Origin: Eledone cirrhosa
Taxonomy: Eukaryota
Length of the DNA stretch: 64,000 bases
Assembly (NCBI GenBank): GCA_964016885.1
Contig: OZ024766.1
Span: 6,324,001 to 6,388,000 of the forward strand
Direction: 5' to 3'
Shown here: one piece after another, positions 11,898 through 28,766 of the stretch
Numbering within the stretch: position 1 is the stretch's first letter
Layout of the letters: the number at the start of each line of letters is the position of its first letter
The notes under the pieces: generated by a model
What the model saw: the letters and a program-made list of their open reading frames with translations, nothing else
What the model was told of the DNA's origin: nothing
Databases searched by the model: none
Made by a program: the position numbers and the translations under genes

Positions 11898-11994
11898 ACA
11901 TGATGCATGACATACCTTGACTAAGTAGTGGAGTGCTTCTAATCTATTGTAAAACTTTATTCATTGATTTATTCATTGAACCTTGTTTAACCTT

Positions 11995-12035
<41 letters not shown>

Positions 12036-12384
12036 TCTCCAAGATGGCTGACTGAATACATGTTTTTCTCACCCCAATGTTTTTCTCATTTTCCCTGTTC
12101 CTTCCTCTCATCACTCTTTACTTCCTATTTATCTTTTATTTCTAACTCTTTCTTTTGATGACGAAGGACTAGTGTCCGAAACTTTAAGACTCTCTTCCTT
12201 CTATTTCAAGCATTAAACTAATACATTTCTTCTATGTACTGTACCAAACGTTGTTATTTCTGTTATTACTTTGAAATATATATATATATATATATATAGG
12301 TACGTTATTCCGGGTTGAATCGGAGGTAACCACAGTAAGTAAGGTACTCAATACATTGCAGAGTATAAAAGTTTTAATATAGAT

Positions 12385-12489
12385 GAGATTCTACAGGACT
12401 AGAACTGTTTCATTCTTTAGAAATCATCAGGAATCTCTGAGATTCCTGATGATTTCTAAAGAATGAAACGGTTCTAGTCCTGTAGAATC

Positions 12490-12585
<96 letters not shown>

Positions 12586-12831
12586 ATGAGATTCTACAGG
12601 ACTAGAACTGTTTCACTCTTTAGAAATCATCAGCGATTCCTGATGATTTCTAAAGAATGAAACAGTTCTAGTCCTGTAGAATCTCATCTCTCTCTCTCTC
12701 TCTCTCTATCTATATATATATATATATATATAGATGAGATTCTACAGGACTAGAACTGTTTCATTCTTTAGAAATCATAAGCGATTCCTGATGATTTCTA
12801 AAGAATGAAACAGTTCTAGTCCTGTAGAATC
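12385..12831. ncRNA. Cluster of family A hammerheads in three head-to-head pairs
   Basis: Complete folds on - at 12385-12437 and on + at 12439-12491, 12635-12683 and 12783-12831: (GA)GAUUC-CUGAUGA-UUUCUAAAGAAU-GAAA-C(A/G)G-uucuaguc-CUG-UA^GAAUC(UC). Confidence 0.8.
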
Positions 12832-12834
12832 TCA

Positions 12835-12878
<44 letters not shown>

Positions 12879-12936
12879 CCACTGTTTGTCCATAATTTCT
12901 ACCTCTACTCACCCTCCACTCACACTCTCACTCCAG

Positions 12937-13043
12937 ATATCTCCTCCAACATGGCAGCTCTGACTGGAGTTGCAGCCATGGCATATTTCATCCACAACTG
13001 TGTCCTGTCAGTCTTGAGATGTGAGGAAAAACCAGAGAATGGG
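12937..13043 (+). CDS. SLC38A9: SLC38A9 exon
   Basis: ctccag|AT ATC...AAT GGG|gtgagc. Encodes NISSNMAALTGVAAMAYFIHNCVLSVLRCEEKPENG (cf. LTGVLTLAFFIHNC). Confidence 0.94.
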
Positions 13044-14494
13044 GTGAGCAGGTCTTTTGTTGTTGTTGTTGTTACTGTTGTTGTTGTTAGTACTAGTGTG
13101 TGTGTGTGTGTGTATATATAGGCAAAAGAAATATTTTCTTCTTCCTACACATACATCCTTTCATCCTTTCCTTTCATTTTACGTCCCGTTTTTTCCCTGC
13201 TTGCAAGGGTGGGACGGGAACTGATGCTGGCTTGATCTCTACAGCTGGATGCCCTTCATAACACCAACCTCATTTACAGTGAGTGCTGGGTGCTTTTTTG
13301 CCGTGGCACCTCCACGACCACTTTACAGTGGAATGATAGGGACCCCAGTCCCTATCATCTCATTTCTACAGCTGGATGCCCTTCCTAACACCAACCTCAT
13401 TTACAGTGAGTGCTGGGTGCTTTTTTGCCGTGGCACCTCCACGACCACTTTGTAGTGGAATGATAGGGAACCCAGTCCCTATCATCTCATTTCTACAGCT
13501 GGATGCCCTTCATAACACCAACCTTATTTACAGTGAGTGCTGGGTGCTTTTTTGCCGTGGCACCTCCACGACCACTTTGTAGTGGAATGATAGGGAACCC
13601 AGTCCCTATCATCTCATTTCTACAGCTGGATGCCCTTCATAACACCAACCTTATTTACAGTGAGTGCTGGGTGCTTTTTTTTGCCGTGGCACCTCCATGA
13701 CCACTTTGCAGTGGAATGATGGGGACCCCAGCCCCTATCATCTCATTTCTACAGCTGAGTAAACTGGAGCAATGTGAAATAAAGTGTCTTGCTCAAGGAA
13801 ACAACACATCACCCGGTCTGAGAATTGAACTCACAACCTTTCGATTGCAAGCCCAATGCCCTAACCACTGAGCCATGTGCCTCCATATATATATATTGGG
13901 GGAGAAAAACACATGTATTCAGTCAGCCATCTTGGAGAGTATATATATATATATAATATTAAATAAATGGAAAACTATATTTATAAAACCATATTTATTT
14001 CATTATATATATTTCGGGGATATCATATTAACAATATGCTATGCCTTCATCAGACAAAATACAATATAAACAGTTTTATAGATAAATATATTCAACATAC
14101 CGTAATATTTATTTCATTATATATATTTTCGGGGAAATATATATAATGAAATAAATATGGTTTTATAAATATAGTTTTCCATTGTCGGGCGCCAATTGGC
14201 GCCGCTGGTCACAGCACACCGTGCTGTTTTAGCCATAAGATAACGCCATCCCACTGGCTGGGCAGGCAGGCCGATACTCATTTCTACAGCTGAGTAAACT
14301 GGAGCAATGTGAAATAAAGTGTCTTGCTCAAGGAAACAACACATCACCCGGTCCGAGAATTGAACTCACAACCTTTTGATTGCAAGGCCAATGCTCTACG
14401 AGACAGGCACACCATATTATTTTAAATTAGTATTTGTTCGACCTAGCTAACTTGGTCATTTGCAATTCGAACACATGTATACTTGTATCAGTGT

Positions 14495-14925
14495 TTATCC
14501 CTTTCATTTGTATATATACACATGGTGGTATGTACATTTGTATATATATACATGGTGGTATGGACATTTGTATATATACACATGGTGGTATGTACATTTG
14601 TATATATATACATGGTGGTATGGACATTTGTATATATACACATGGTGGTATGTACATTTGTATATATATACATGGTGGTATGGACATTTGTATATATACA
14701 CATGGTGGTATGTACATTTGTATATATATACATGGTGGTATGGACATTTGTATATATACACATGGTGGTATGTACATTTGTATATATATACATGGTGGTA
14801 TGGACATTTGTATATATACACATGGTGGTATGTACATTTGTATATATATACATGGTGGTATGGACATTTGTATATATACACATGGTGGTATGGACATTTG
14901 TATATATACACATGGTGGTATGGAC
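14495..14925. repeat. 30-bp minisatellite (about 14 copies) seeded from the 5' edge of an RTE fragment
   Basis: catggtggtatg(t/g)acatttgtatatata(c/t)a, with alternating variants. Confidence 0.95.
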
Positions 14926-15182
14926 ATGTGATGGTCATGTGATGCGCATAGAGGATGACCGATGGGTGAAGAAGTGCCAGGAAATGCCAGTTGAAGGAAG
15001 ACGTGGTAGAGGTAGACCACGAAAAACATGGGCGGAGGTGGTGAGAACAGACCTCAGATCATTGAAGCTCACGGTGGAGATGACGAAGGACCGTGACGAG
15101 TGGAGAGATGCTGTGCTGAATAAGACCCGTCCCACCCTTGCAAGCAGGGAAAAGCGGACGTAAAATGATGATGATGATGATA
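14912..15182 (+). mobile_element. RTE-clade LINE 3' end
   Basis: GHVMRIEDDRWVKKC...GRRGRGRPRKTW...DRDEWR...[13 protein letters not shown] followed by an (ATG)n tail. Confidence 0.9.
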
Positions 15183-15249
15183 TATATATAAAAATCAATC
15201 AACAGGTGTATATAAATCAATCAACAGGTGTATATATTTCTCTCCCCAG

Positions 15250-15354
15250 GTACGAGACCTCAGTATTGCCTTCTTTCTCGTCTGTTTCACCTACCTCTTT
15301 GTGGGAGTTACTCTCTACATCACCTTCCCCCTGGCAAAGTCCTGTATCCAGGAT
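15250..15354 (+). CDS. SLC38A9: SLC38A9 exon
   Basis: ccccag|GTA CGA GAC...CAG GAT|gtaagt. Encodes VRDLSIAFFLVCFTYLFVGVTLYITFPLAKSCIQD. Confidence 0.94.
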
Positions 15355-16110
15355 GTAAGTATACTCTCTCACTCTCACTCACTCACTCATACTGACACAC
15401 TCACTCTCGCACTCTCTCTCACGCTCTCTCACTCACACTCTCACTCTCTGATACTCTCACTCAGTCTCACTCTCTCTCATGCTCTCACTCTATCATATAC
15501 TCTTACTCAGATTCTCACTCTATCATATACTCTCACTCACACTCTCTGATACTCTCACTCACACTCTCTCATACTCTCACTCACACTCTCTCATACTCTC
15601 ACTCACACTCTCTCATACTCTCACTCACACTCTCTCATACTCTCACTCACACTCTCTCTCTCTCATACTCTCTCACATTCTCACTCATACTCTCTCTCAC
15701 ATTCTCACTCATACTCTCTCTCACATTCTCTCATACTCTCTCATACTCTCACTCACACTCTCACTCACACTCTCTCTCATACTCTCTCTCATACTCTCAC
15801 TCACACTCTCTCTCATACTCTCTCTTATACACCTCTCACATTCTCAGTCACTCTCTCACTCTCACACTCATACTCTCACTCATACTCATACTGTCTCTCA
15901 CCTTCTCAGTCACACTCTCACTCATACTCTCTCTCACCTTCTCAGTAGTCACACTCTCACTCATACTCTCTCTCACCTTCTCAGTCACACTCTCACTCAT
16001 ACTGTCTCTCACCTTCTCAGCAGTCACACTCTCACTCCCAGCAAAGTTACCCTCGGCGAGATCTGAACTCAGAATATAAAGGGACCTCCTCACTTTCTCT
16101 CTATTTCTAG

Positions 16111-16259
16111 AATCTGATGAACAACCTGCCCCTACATGACATCCTGGCCTTTGTTGCCAGGATATGTATGCTGCTGCAGATGGTCGCGGTCTTCCCATTA
16201 CTCATCTATGTTTTCAGAGTACAGTTCTTTCATGTAATCACTGGAAATATCCACCCTGG
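16111..16259 (+). CDS. SLC38A9: SLC38A9 exon
   Basis: ttctag|AAT CTG...CCT GG|gtacgt. Encodes NLMNNLPLHDILAFVARICMLLQMVAVFPLLIYVFRVQFFHVITGNIHPG. Confidence 0.94.
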
Positions 16260-16278
16260 GTACGTATCTATCTATCTG

Positions 16279-16312
<34 letters not shown>

Positions 16313-16315
16313 AAC

Positions 16316-17110
16316 AATTGATTCCCTTCTTTAAGTATCACTTTAGAAGGAGAATCAGGGTGGAGAGAGAGGCACTGCACCCCAGTAAATTTACTGAAAG
16401 GTGGGTGAATGAAGCGAAAATGGCCCGAGTGATTGGGCCTTCTCTGTATATAAGCCTGTAGGTTGAGGAAGAGAGCAAAAGGAAGAAAGGAGCACTTGCA
16501 CAACATGCTCCTGAAGTTGAGGGTTGTTCTATCGACGGGGTATTAAACAACCCATTTGTGGCGCCTCCCCCCTATTGGGGATTTCGATTGTTGAAATTGT
16601 TTGTTTTTATATTTTTTACACGACTGTATGTAAAATCCCCGGCATGTCTTTGTATTGTCCCCTTTCTTGTTGCGCCCTTGTGGCTAATAAAGAAATCTAT
16701 CTATCTATCTAACTGATTCTTTTTTTCAAATACCACTTTGGAAGAAGAATCAGGATGGAGAGAGAGAGGTGCTGTACCCCAGCAAGTTTTATGAAAGGTG
16801 GGTGAAAGTGGCGAGAATGGCCCCCAGTGAATGGGCCTTCTCTCTATATCAGCCTGTAGGTTGAGGAAAAGGAGGAGGAGAGGAAAGGAGTACAAACTCT
16901 TTGTACTCCTGGAGATGAGGGTTGCACATTTTTTTTCGGGGGTATGTGTTACCCATATAAACTGTCTCCCCCTATTGGGGAAAATCGACTAACTTTTTAA
17001 ATTCCATTTGTGATAACATTTTACACGTTTTTATTGTATGTAAACTTCCCCCTTTGTATTTGTCCCCTTCTTTTGTGCCCCTGTGGCTAATAAATAAATA
17101 TATCTATCTA
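16316..17110 (+). mobile_element. Two tandem 5'-truncated L1/Tx1-like 3' ends between (TATC)n tracts
   Basis: Two diverged ~390-bp units. The first reads FFKYHFRRRIRVERE...ERWV...; each ends ...gtggctaataa + (tatc)n. A related piece lies at 40860-40990(-). Confidence 0.6.
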
Positions 17111-17959
17111 TCTATCTATCTATCACACACACACAGACACATGTATATCATCATCATCATCATCATTTTACGTCTGCTTTTCCCTGCTTGCAAGGGTGGG
17201 ACGGGAACTGGTTCTGGCTTGATTTCTACAGCTGGATGCCCTTCCTAACACCAACCTCATTTACAGTGAGTGCTGGGTGCTTTTTTTTCCATGGCACCTC
17301 CACTGCAACCCTGATGGTATCCAATGATGTTGACTTGTTCTTCTTTTTGGTAAATATCATCTTGGTTAAGAGAGTGGGACTGGCTTTGTGCAGTGCCTTT
17401 GCTCACTACAAAAGCTTCACGGCACAGGCATTGCTTTATATCTGGAGATCTCTCTGCACTTGTCGTCACATGGTACCATGGGCCCAGCACTATGTGTCAA
17501 TAATTGTCACAAGTGTAGTGTTTGTACCAGAGTTTTCAAGTCGCTGGCTGGACTGAAAAGTCACACTTGTTTAGCGCATCTGTAGGGGTTCTCCTACATG
17601 GATATAAAGTAGTGGCCGTACTCGAAAACGAGTTGGCAGCCACCATATATATGTATGTATGTATATATATATATCATCATCACCGTTTTACGTCCGTTCT
17701 GCCACGCTAGCATGGGTTAGACGGGTTGTCCTGTTGTGGGCAGTGCCCGGTCGGCTGACCATGCCTTGCTCATACAGGAACTGATTTGGCTTGATTTCTA
17801 CAGCAGGATGCCCTTCCTAACACCAACCTCATTTACAGTGAGTGCTGGCTGCTTTTTCGTGGCGCCTACACGTCCACTTTACAGTGTGGGCTGGGTGTTT
17901 TTTTGCCGTGGCACCTCCACGACCACCTTGCAGTGGGAGGGTGTGGGGGCATATTGTCT

Positions 17960-18118
17960 ATATGCTTCAGCTTGTACCTATGGGAGGTCGGGTACTCTGT
18001 ATTACTGCGTGACGCCAGAGGTCACGGTCATGTGTCATCGCCTTTGAGAGGTGTAATTGGGTAAGGTCGGCTTTTATCACCTCATCCCAGGTCATCTTGG
18101 GTCTCCCCACTCCGCGGT
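17960..18118 (-). mobile_element. RTE LINE 3' fragment
   Basis: RGVGRPKMTWDEVIKADL...DRDLWRHAV. Confidence 0.8.
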
Positions 18119-18548
18119 TATATATGTATATATATATGGAGGCACATGGCTTAGTGGTTAGAGCATTGGCCTTGCAATCGAAAGGTTGTAAGTTCAATTC
18201 TCACCCCGGGTGATGTGTTGTTTCCTTGAGCAAGACACTTTATTTCACATTGCTCCAGTTTACTCAGCTGTAGAAATGAGATGATAGGGACTGGGGTCCC
18301 TATCATTCCACTGTAAAGTGGTCGTGGAGGTGCCACGGCAAAAAAGCACCCAGCACTCACTGTAAATGAGGTTGGTGTTAGGAAGGGCATCCAGCTGTAG
18401 AAATCAAGCCAGAATCAGTTCCCGTCCCACCCTTGCAAGCAGGGAGAAGTGGACGTAAAATGATGATGATGATATATATATTTGACAGTAGTCTATGAAT
18501 GACCAGCTCCATACCACACCATATTTATCTCACCTCTCTATATTTCAG

Positions 18549-18638
18549 AATACTCAAAATAATGGCTATGAATCTAATAATGTGTAGTATTAGTATCCTG
18601 TTTGCTTGTTTCCTGCCTAAGATAGGCAAAGTCATAGG
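18549..18638 (+). CDS. SLC38A9: SLC38A9 exon
   Basis: tttcag|A ATA CTC...ATA GG|gtgagt. Encodes ILKIMAMNLIMCSISILFACFLPKIGKVI (cf. MACFYPNIGGII). Confidence 0.92.
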
Positions 18639-18715
18639 GTGAGTTGCTATCTTCCTATCCCTGTATTTTACACTAACACACACAGATAGCTGACATGTAT
18701 ATATGTGTATGTGTA

Positions 18716-18746
<31 letters not shown>

Positions 18747-19143
18747 GTGAGTGGGTGTATGTGTATGTATATGTGTATGTGTATATATGTGTGTGTGTAT
18801 ATATGTGTGTATATATATATATATGTGTGTGTGTGTGTATATGTGTGTGTGTATATATATATATGTATGTGTATATATATGTGTGTATGTGTATATATAT
18901 GTGTGTATGTGTATATATGTGTGTGTATATATATGTGTGTGTGTGTGTATATATGTGTGTGTATATATATATATATGAGTGAGTGTATGTGTATATATAT
19001 GTGTGTGTGTGTGTATATATATATATGTGTGTGTATGTATGTGTGTGTGTATATGTCTATATATAAGTTGCTATCTTCCTATCCCCGAATTTTACACTAA
19101 CACACACAGAGATAGCTGACATGTATATATGTCTGTGTATATG

Positions 19144-19195
<52 letters not shown>

Positions 19196-19225
19196 AGTGG
19201 GTGTACGTGTATATATATGTGTGTG

Positions 19226-19264
<39 letters not shown>

Positions 19265-19298
19265 ATGTGTGTGTATATGTATGTGTGTATATGCGTGC

Positions 19299-19412
<114 letters not shown>

Positions 19413-19599
19413 ATATATGTGTGTGTGTGTGTGTGTGTATATATGTGTGTGTGTGTGTGTGTGTATATATGTGTGTGTGTGTGTGTGTGTATATATGTGT
19501 GTGTGTGTGTGTGTGTATATATGTGTGTGTGTGTGTGTGTGTATATATGTGTGTGTGTGTGTGTGTGTATATATGTGTGTGTGTGTGTGTGTGTATATA

Positions 19600-19686
<87 letters not shown>

Positions 19687-19928
19687 ATATATGTGTGTGT
19701 GTGTGTGTATATATGTGTGTGTGTGTGTGTATATATGTGTGTGTGTGTATATATATATGTGTGTATGTGTGTGCGCACACATATATATATATATATATAT
19801 ATGTACACACACATATATGTGTGTGATATATATATGTGTGTGTGTGTGTCCACACCGCCACCCTCACCACAACAACACCACACCACCACAACACCACCCT
19901 CACCATATTACTGTTTATATTCCTCTAG

Positions 19929-20103
19929 ATTTGTTGGAGCATTCTGCGGTTTCTCCTACGCATTGGGCCTACCTTTCCTAGTCCATCTGATATCGTTGTA
20001 CGAAAAACACTGTCTCACCTGGTACAGTTTCGTCTTCCACTCCTTTATCATCATTATGGGCTTAGTCAATTTTATCGCACAGTTTTTTATCTCTACACAT
20101 TGA
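19929..20103 (+). CDS. SLC38A9: SLC38A9 last coding exon with stop
   Basis: ctctag|A TTT GTT GGA...CAT TGA. Encodes [15 protein letters not shown]...[29 protein letters not shown]. The nine exons total 1154 nt and join in frame from a phase-1 start. Confidence 0.95.
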
Positions 20104-20259
20104 AGAGGTTAACTGCTACAAGAACTACTACTACTACTACCACTACTACTACTACTACTACAGCTACAGCAGTAACGAGAACAACAGTAACAACAACAGT
20201 AACAGCAGTAACAACAGCAACAGTAACAACAATAACAACAACAACAACAACACAATTGA

Positions 20260-23950
<3,691 letters not shown>

Positions 23951-24516
23951 TGAACAAACAAGAGAAATGAACACTAATATAAACATACATGTGTTCGAAT
24001 CGTAAGGACTAGGTTTGCTAGGGTGAAAAAATACTAACTACAGCAATATAGTTTGTTATCCTTAATTTTAAATATTAAATTTAAAAAAATTAATAAAAAT
24101 AACAGACCTATATTGGGCAAAAATGTCTGGATAGGTCTGTTATTTTTCTTAATTAATATTTAAAGTTAAGTATAACAAACTATATTGCTGTAGTTAGTAT
24201 TTTTTCACCCTAGCAAACCTAGTCCTTACGATTCGAACACATGTATGTTTATATTAGTGTTCTTCTCTCTTGTTTATTCAATGATATTGTACGGCTCGGA
24301 AAAGCTTTTTTATTAGAGCTATTTAATTGTAAGGGACTACACTGAGTTCTTAACTCAATATATATATTTATAAATATATATATATATATATATATCCAAA
24401 ATTAAATTAAGGTAAGGTTGTCATGCCTGAGAGACATGCATCATATTCACTGCAGAATAAGCTCAAAGATTCCAATGAATAGTTCTGAGCATTTTATATC
24501 AACTAGAAATAGATTG

Positions 24517-24562
<46 letters not shown>

Positions 24563-24818
24563 AACACATGAAACAATCACAGGGAATAATTTGTAAAGTG
24601 TGTAAGCACACATAGCTAGGTAGGTAACTAATTAAAGTTTAACTAGAACATCAAATGTAGATACCTTTTAAAATGATTAATCTTCTTTGTATATATTTCT
24701 TTAAATAAGAAATATATTTCACCTATTAATCCATAAATCACAGCAGTTAAATTAGTTACCTACCTAGCTCTGTGTGCTTACACACTTTACAAATTATTCC
24801 CTGAGATTGTTTCATGTT

Positions 24819-24876
<58 letters not shown>

Positions 24877-25178
24877 CAATCTATTTCTAGTTGATATATA
24901 TATATATATATATATAATATTAGGGATACTATTTATGGTTATGTATATATTAAAACTTTTTATAGTTATGTATATTTTAAATCCTAAACAGTGAAGGTCA
25001 GTAATTTATTACTACCTTATTACCAGTAAGATAAATAGCTCAATGTAATAACATCAGTTGTTCTACAGAGCAGTTATATAGAATTCACAAGAATCAAAGC
25101 TATGTTCAAAGCATTTATTCACTTACAATTGTTTCATCCAAACCTAGGAGGTCAATTATGTGTACAAACATTGAAAAA

Positions 25179-25225
25179 TGCTCTGAAGACTCCAAGCCTA
25201 GGTTTGGATGAAACAATTGTAAGTG
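25179..25225 (+). ncRNA. Minimal hammerhead fold
   Basis: UGCU-CUGAAGA-cUCCAAGC/CUAG/GUUUGGAu-GAAAC-AAUU-GUA^AGUG. Confidence 0.75.
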
Positions 25226-25260
25226 AATAAATGCTTTGAACATAGCTTTGATTCTTGTGA

Positions 25261-25316
<56 letters not shown>

Positions 25317-25789
25317 GGGAAAGTCAAAGTTGCTTAAACCAATCCCAGTGTATTACTGGTACTTTATTTTTATTTTATCGAACCCCGTAAGGATGAAAGG
25401 TAAAGTTAACCTTGGCTGGATTTGAACTGAGAACGTAAAGGGCCAGAACTCTGTGCCGCACAGCATTGTGTCCGACGCTCTACCGATTACTGCCCAGCCA
25501 CTGCCCAGATAATTCTACTACTAATAAACTGTGATAATTCTATATTTGGTTTTTTTTTTGTTGTCTTTTGTTTTTATTTATTTAACAATGCATCATCATC
25601 ATCATTAACATCATCATCATCATCACCATCATTAACATCACCATCGTTTAACATCTACCTTCCATGCTAGCATGGGTTTAGACGGGAATTGTCCCACTTG
25701 AGGCAAGATTGGTCGGGAGACCGTGTCTTCCTCGTCTAGGACTATCTGGCAGGTTTTCTACGGCTGGATGCCCTTCCTAACACCAACCA

Positions 25790-27215
25790 TGTTTACAGTG
25801 TGGAACTGGGAGCTTTTTACCGTGTTACCTACATGGCCACATTACAGTGTGGACTGGGTGCTTTTTGTTGTGACTACATGACCACTTTACAGTGTAGACT
25901 GGGTGCTTTTTATCATGACACCTACATGACCACTTTACAGTGTGGACTGGGTGCTTTTTGTCGTGACACCTACATGACCACTTTACAGAGTGGACTGGGT
26001 GCTTTTTGTCGTGACACCTACATGACCACTTTACAGTGTGGGCTGGGTGCTTTTTGTCATGACACCTACATGACCACTTTACAGTGTGGACTGGGTGCTT
26101 TTTGTCGTGACACCTACATGACCACTTTACAGTGTGGACTGGGTGCTTTTTGTCGTGACACCTACATGACCACTTTACAGTGTGGACTGGGTGCTTTTTG
26201 TTGTGACTACATGACCACTTTACAGTGTGGGCTGGGTGCTTTTTGTCATGACACCTACATGACCACTTTACAGTGTGGACTGGGTGCTTTTTGTCGTGAC
26301 ACCTACATGACCACTTTACAGTGTGGACTGGGTGCTTTTTGTTGTGACTACATGACCACTTTACAGTGTGGGCTGGGTGCTTTTTGTCATGACACCTACA
26401 TGACCACTTTACAGTGTGGACTGGGTGCTTTTTGTCGTGACACCTACATGACCACTTTACAGAGTGGACTGGGTGCTTTTTGTTGTGACACCTACATGAC
26501 CACTTCACAGTGTGGACTGGGTGCTGTTTGTTGTGACACCTACATGACCACTTTACAGTGTGGGCTGGGTGCTTTTTGTCATGACACCTACTTGACCACT
26601 TTACAGTGTGGACTGGGTGCTTTTTGTCGTGACACCTACATGACCACTTTACAGAGTGGACTGGGTGCTTTTTGTCGTGACACCTACATGACCACTTTAC
26701 AGTGTGGGCTGGGTGCTTTTTGTCATGACACCTACATGACCACTTTACAGTGTGGACTGGGTACTTTTTGTCGTGACACCTACATGACCACTTTACAGTG
26801 TGGACTGGGTGCTTTTTGTTGTGACTACATGACCACTTTACAGTGTGGGCTGGGTGCTTTTTGTCGTGACACCTACATGACCACTTTACAGTGTGGACTG
26901 GGTGCTTTTTGTTGTGACTACATGACCACTTTACAGTGTGGGCTGGGTGCTTTTTGTCGTGACACCTACATGACCACTTTACAGTGTGGACTGGGTGCTT
27001 TTTGTCGTGACACCTACATGACCACTTTACAGTGTGGACTGGGTGCTTTTTGTCATGACACCTACATGACCACTTTACAGTGTGGACTGGGTGCTTTTTG
27101 TCGTGACACCTACATGACCACTTTACAGTGTGGACTGGGTGCTTTTTGTCGTGACACCTACATGACCACTTTACAGTGTGGACTGGGTGCTTTTTGTTGT
27201 GACACCTACACAACC
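25790..27215. repeat. 48-bp minisatellite (about 29 copies) expanded inside a SINE-type repeat
   Basis: ttacagtgtggactgggtgctttttgtcgtgacacctacatgaccact. Explains the 496-aa ORF. Confidence 0.97.
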
Positions 27216-27219
27216 TCTT

Positions 27220-27256
<37 letters not shown>

Positions 27257-27261
<5 letters not shown>

Positions 27262-27470
27262 GGTGTTTCAAAAAATTTAATATCATTTGAGATGTAAATA
27301 TCCCAGAAACTACAGGGTCTAGGGCAACGAGACTAAGCAGGCTCCATGTTGAGTAACACAAGATTTATTCCTCAAAACATGTCCACGTTATAACATTAAT
27401 TCACAATATATATTTCAATGCGACTACCTTGAGAACAGGCCATTGATATCAAATTTTTTGAAACACCTTC
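27257..27470. mobile_element. Tc1/mariner-type MITE
   Basis: TA|CAGGGTGTTTCAAAAAATTTAATATCA ... TGATATCAAATTTTTTGAAACACC terminal inverted repeats. Confidence 0.75.
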
Positions 27471-27804
27471 ACCATCATCATTTCATATTACGTCGCTTTT
27501 TCCCTGCATGCAAGGGTGGGACGGGAACTGATTCTGGCTTGATTTCTACAGCTGGATGCCCTTCCTAACACCAACCTCATTTACAGTGAGTGCTGGGTGC
27601 TTTTTTGCCGTGACACCTCCACGACCACTTTGCAGTGGAATGATATGGACCCCAGTCCCTATCATCTCATTTCTACAGCTGAGTAAACTGGAGCAATGTG
27701 AAATAAAGTGTCTTGCTCAAGGAAACAACACATCACCCGGTCTGAGGATTGAACTCACAACCTGTCGATTGCAAGGCCAATGCTCTAACCACTAAGCCAT
27801 GTGC

Positions 27805-27838
<34 letters not shown>

Positions 27839-28329
27839 AAAACAGAGAATGTCTATTTTATTAATATTTGTATTTTAATATATATATCATCATTTCATTT
27901 TACGTCCACTTTTTCCCTGCTTGCAAGGGTGGGACGGGAAGTGATTCTGGCTTGATTTCTAACACCAACCTCATTTACAGTGAGTGCTGGGTGCTTTTTT
28001 GCCGTGGCACCTCCACGACCACTTTGCAGTGGAATGATAGGGACCCCTGTCCCTATCATCTCATTTCTACAGCTGAGTAAACTGGAGCAATGTGAAATAA
28101 AGTGTCTTGCTCAAGGAAACAACACATCACCCGGTCTGAGAATTGAACTCACAACCTTTCGATTGCAAGGCCAATGCTCTAACCACTAAGCCATGTGCCT
28201 ATATATAATTATATATTCGTGTACAGATATTTTTCCATACACAATAACAAAATATAAACAAACGTATGTATTTCACGAGGCTCGATAAGGATAAATATAT
28301 ATCAAATATATAAGAACCCTAGAGCAAAT

Positions 28330-28358
28330 CCCGAGCAACGCCGGGCCATTCTGCTAGT
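28330..28358 (+). mobile_element. Isolated Helitron 3' terminus
   Basis: CCCGAGCAACGCCGGG hairpin followed by ccattctgCTAG|T. Confidence 0.7.
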
Positions 28359-28766
28359 ATATACTAAAATAATAAATAAAACAACACAATTCAGTTAATT
28401 ATATTTTATTTAATAATAATAATAATTGTTACTATTATAGACACAACGCCAACAATTTTAAGGGAAAGTCAATTAAATCTAACCCAGTACATTACTGGTA
28501 CTTCATTTTATTGATCCCTTAATGATGAAAGACAAAGTTAACCTCGGTGGTATTTGAAATCAGAAAGTAAAGAGCCGTAACTCCATGCCACGAAGCATGT
28601 TGTGCGACGCTGTACTGATTCTTCTGCCAATATTAATAACATTAACAACAGTATAAATGGTTACCATGGAAACAACACATTTCCATACACAGGGTGTCCC
28701 CTAAAAATGTATACACACTTTAAAACAACATGGATGTTGGTCTATAAATATTAAAAAAATGACACT

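Noticed and set aside
25800-27290. 496-aa Cys-rich repeat ORF (and 296/300-aa ORFs at 48719-50486)
   Set aside because: They are 48-bp SINE-derived minisatellites, open on both strands, with no splice or protein-family support.
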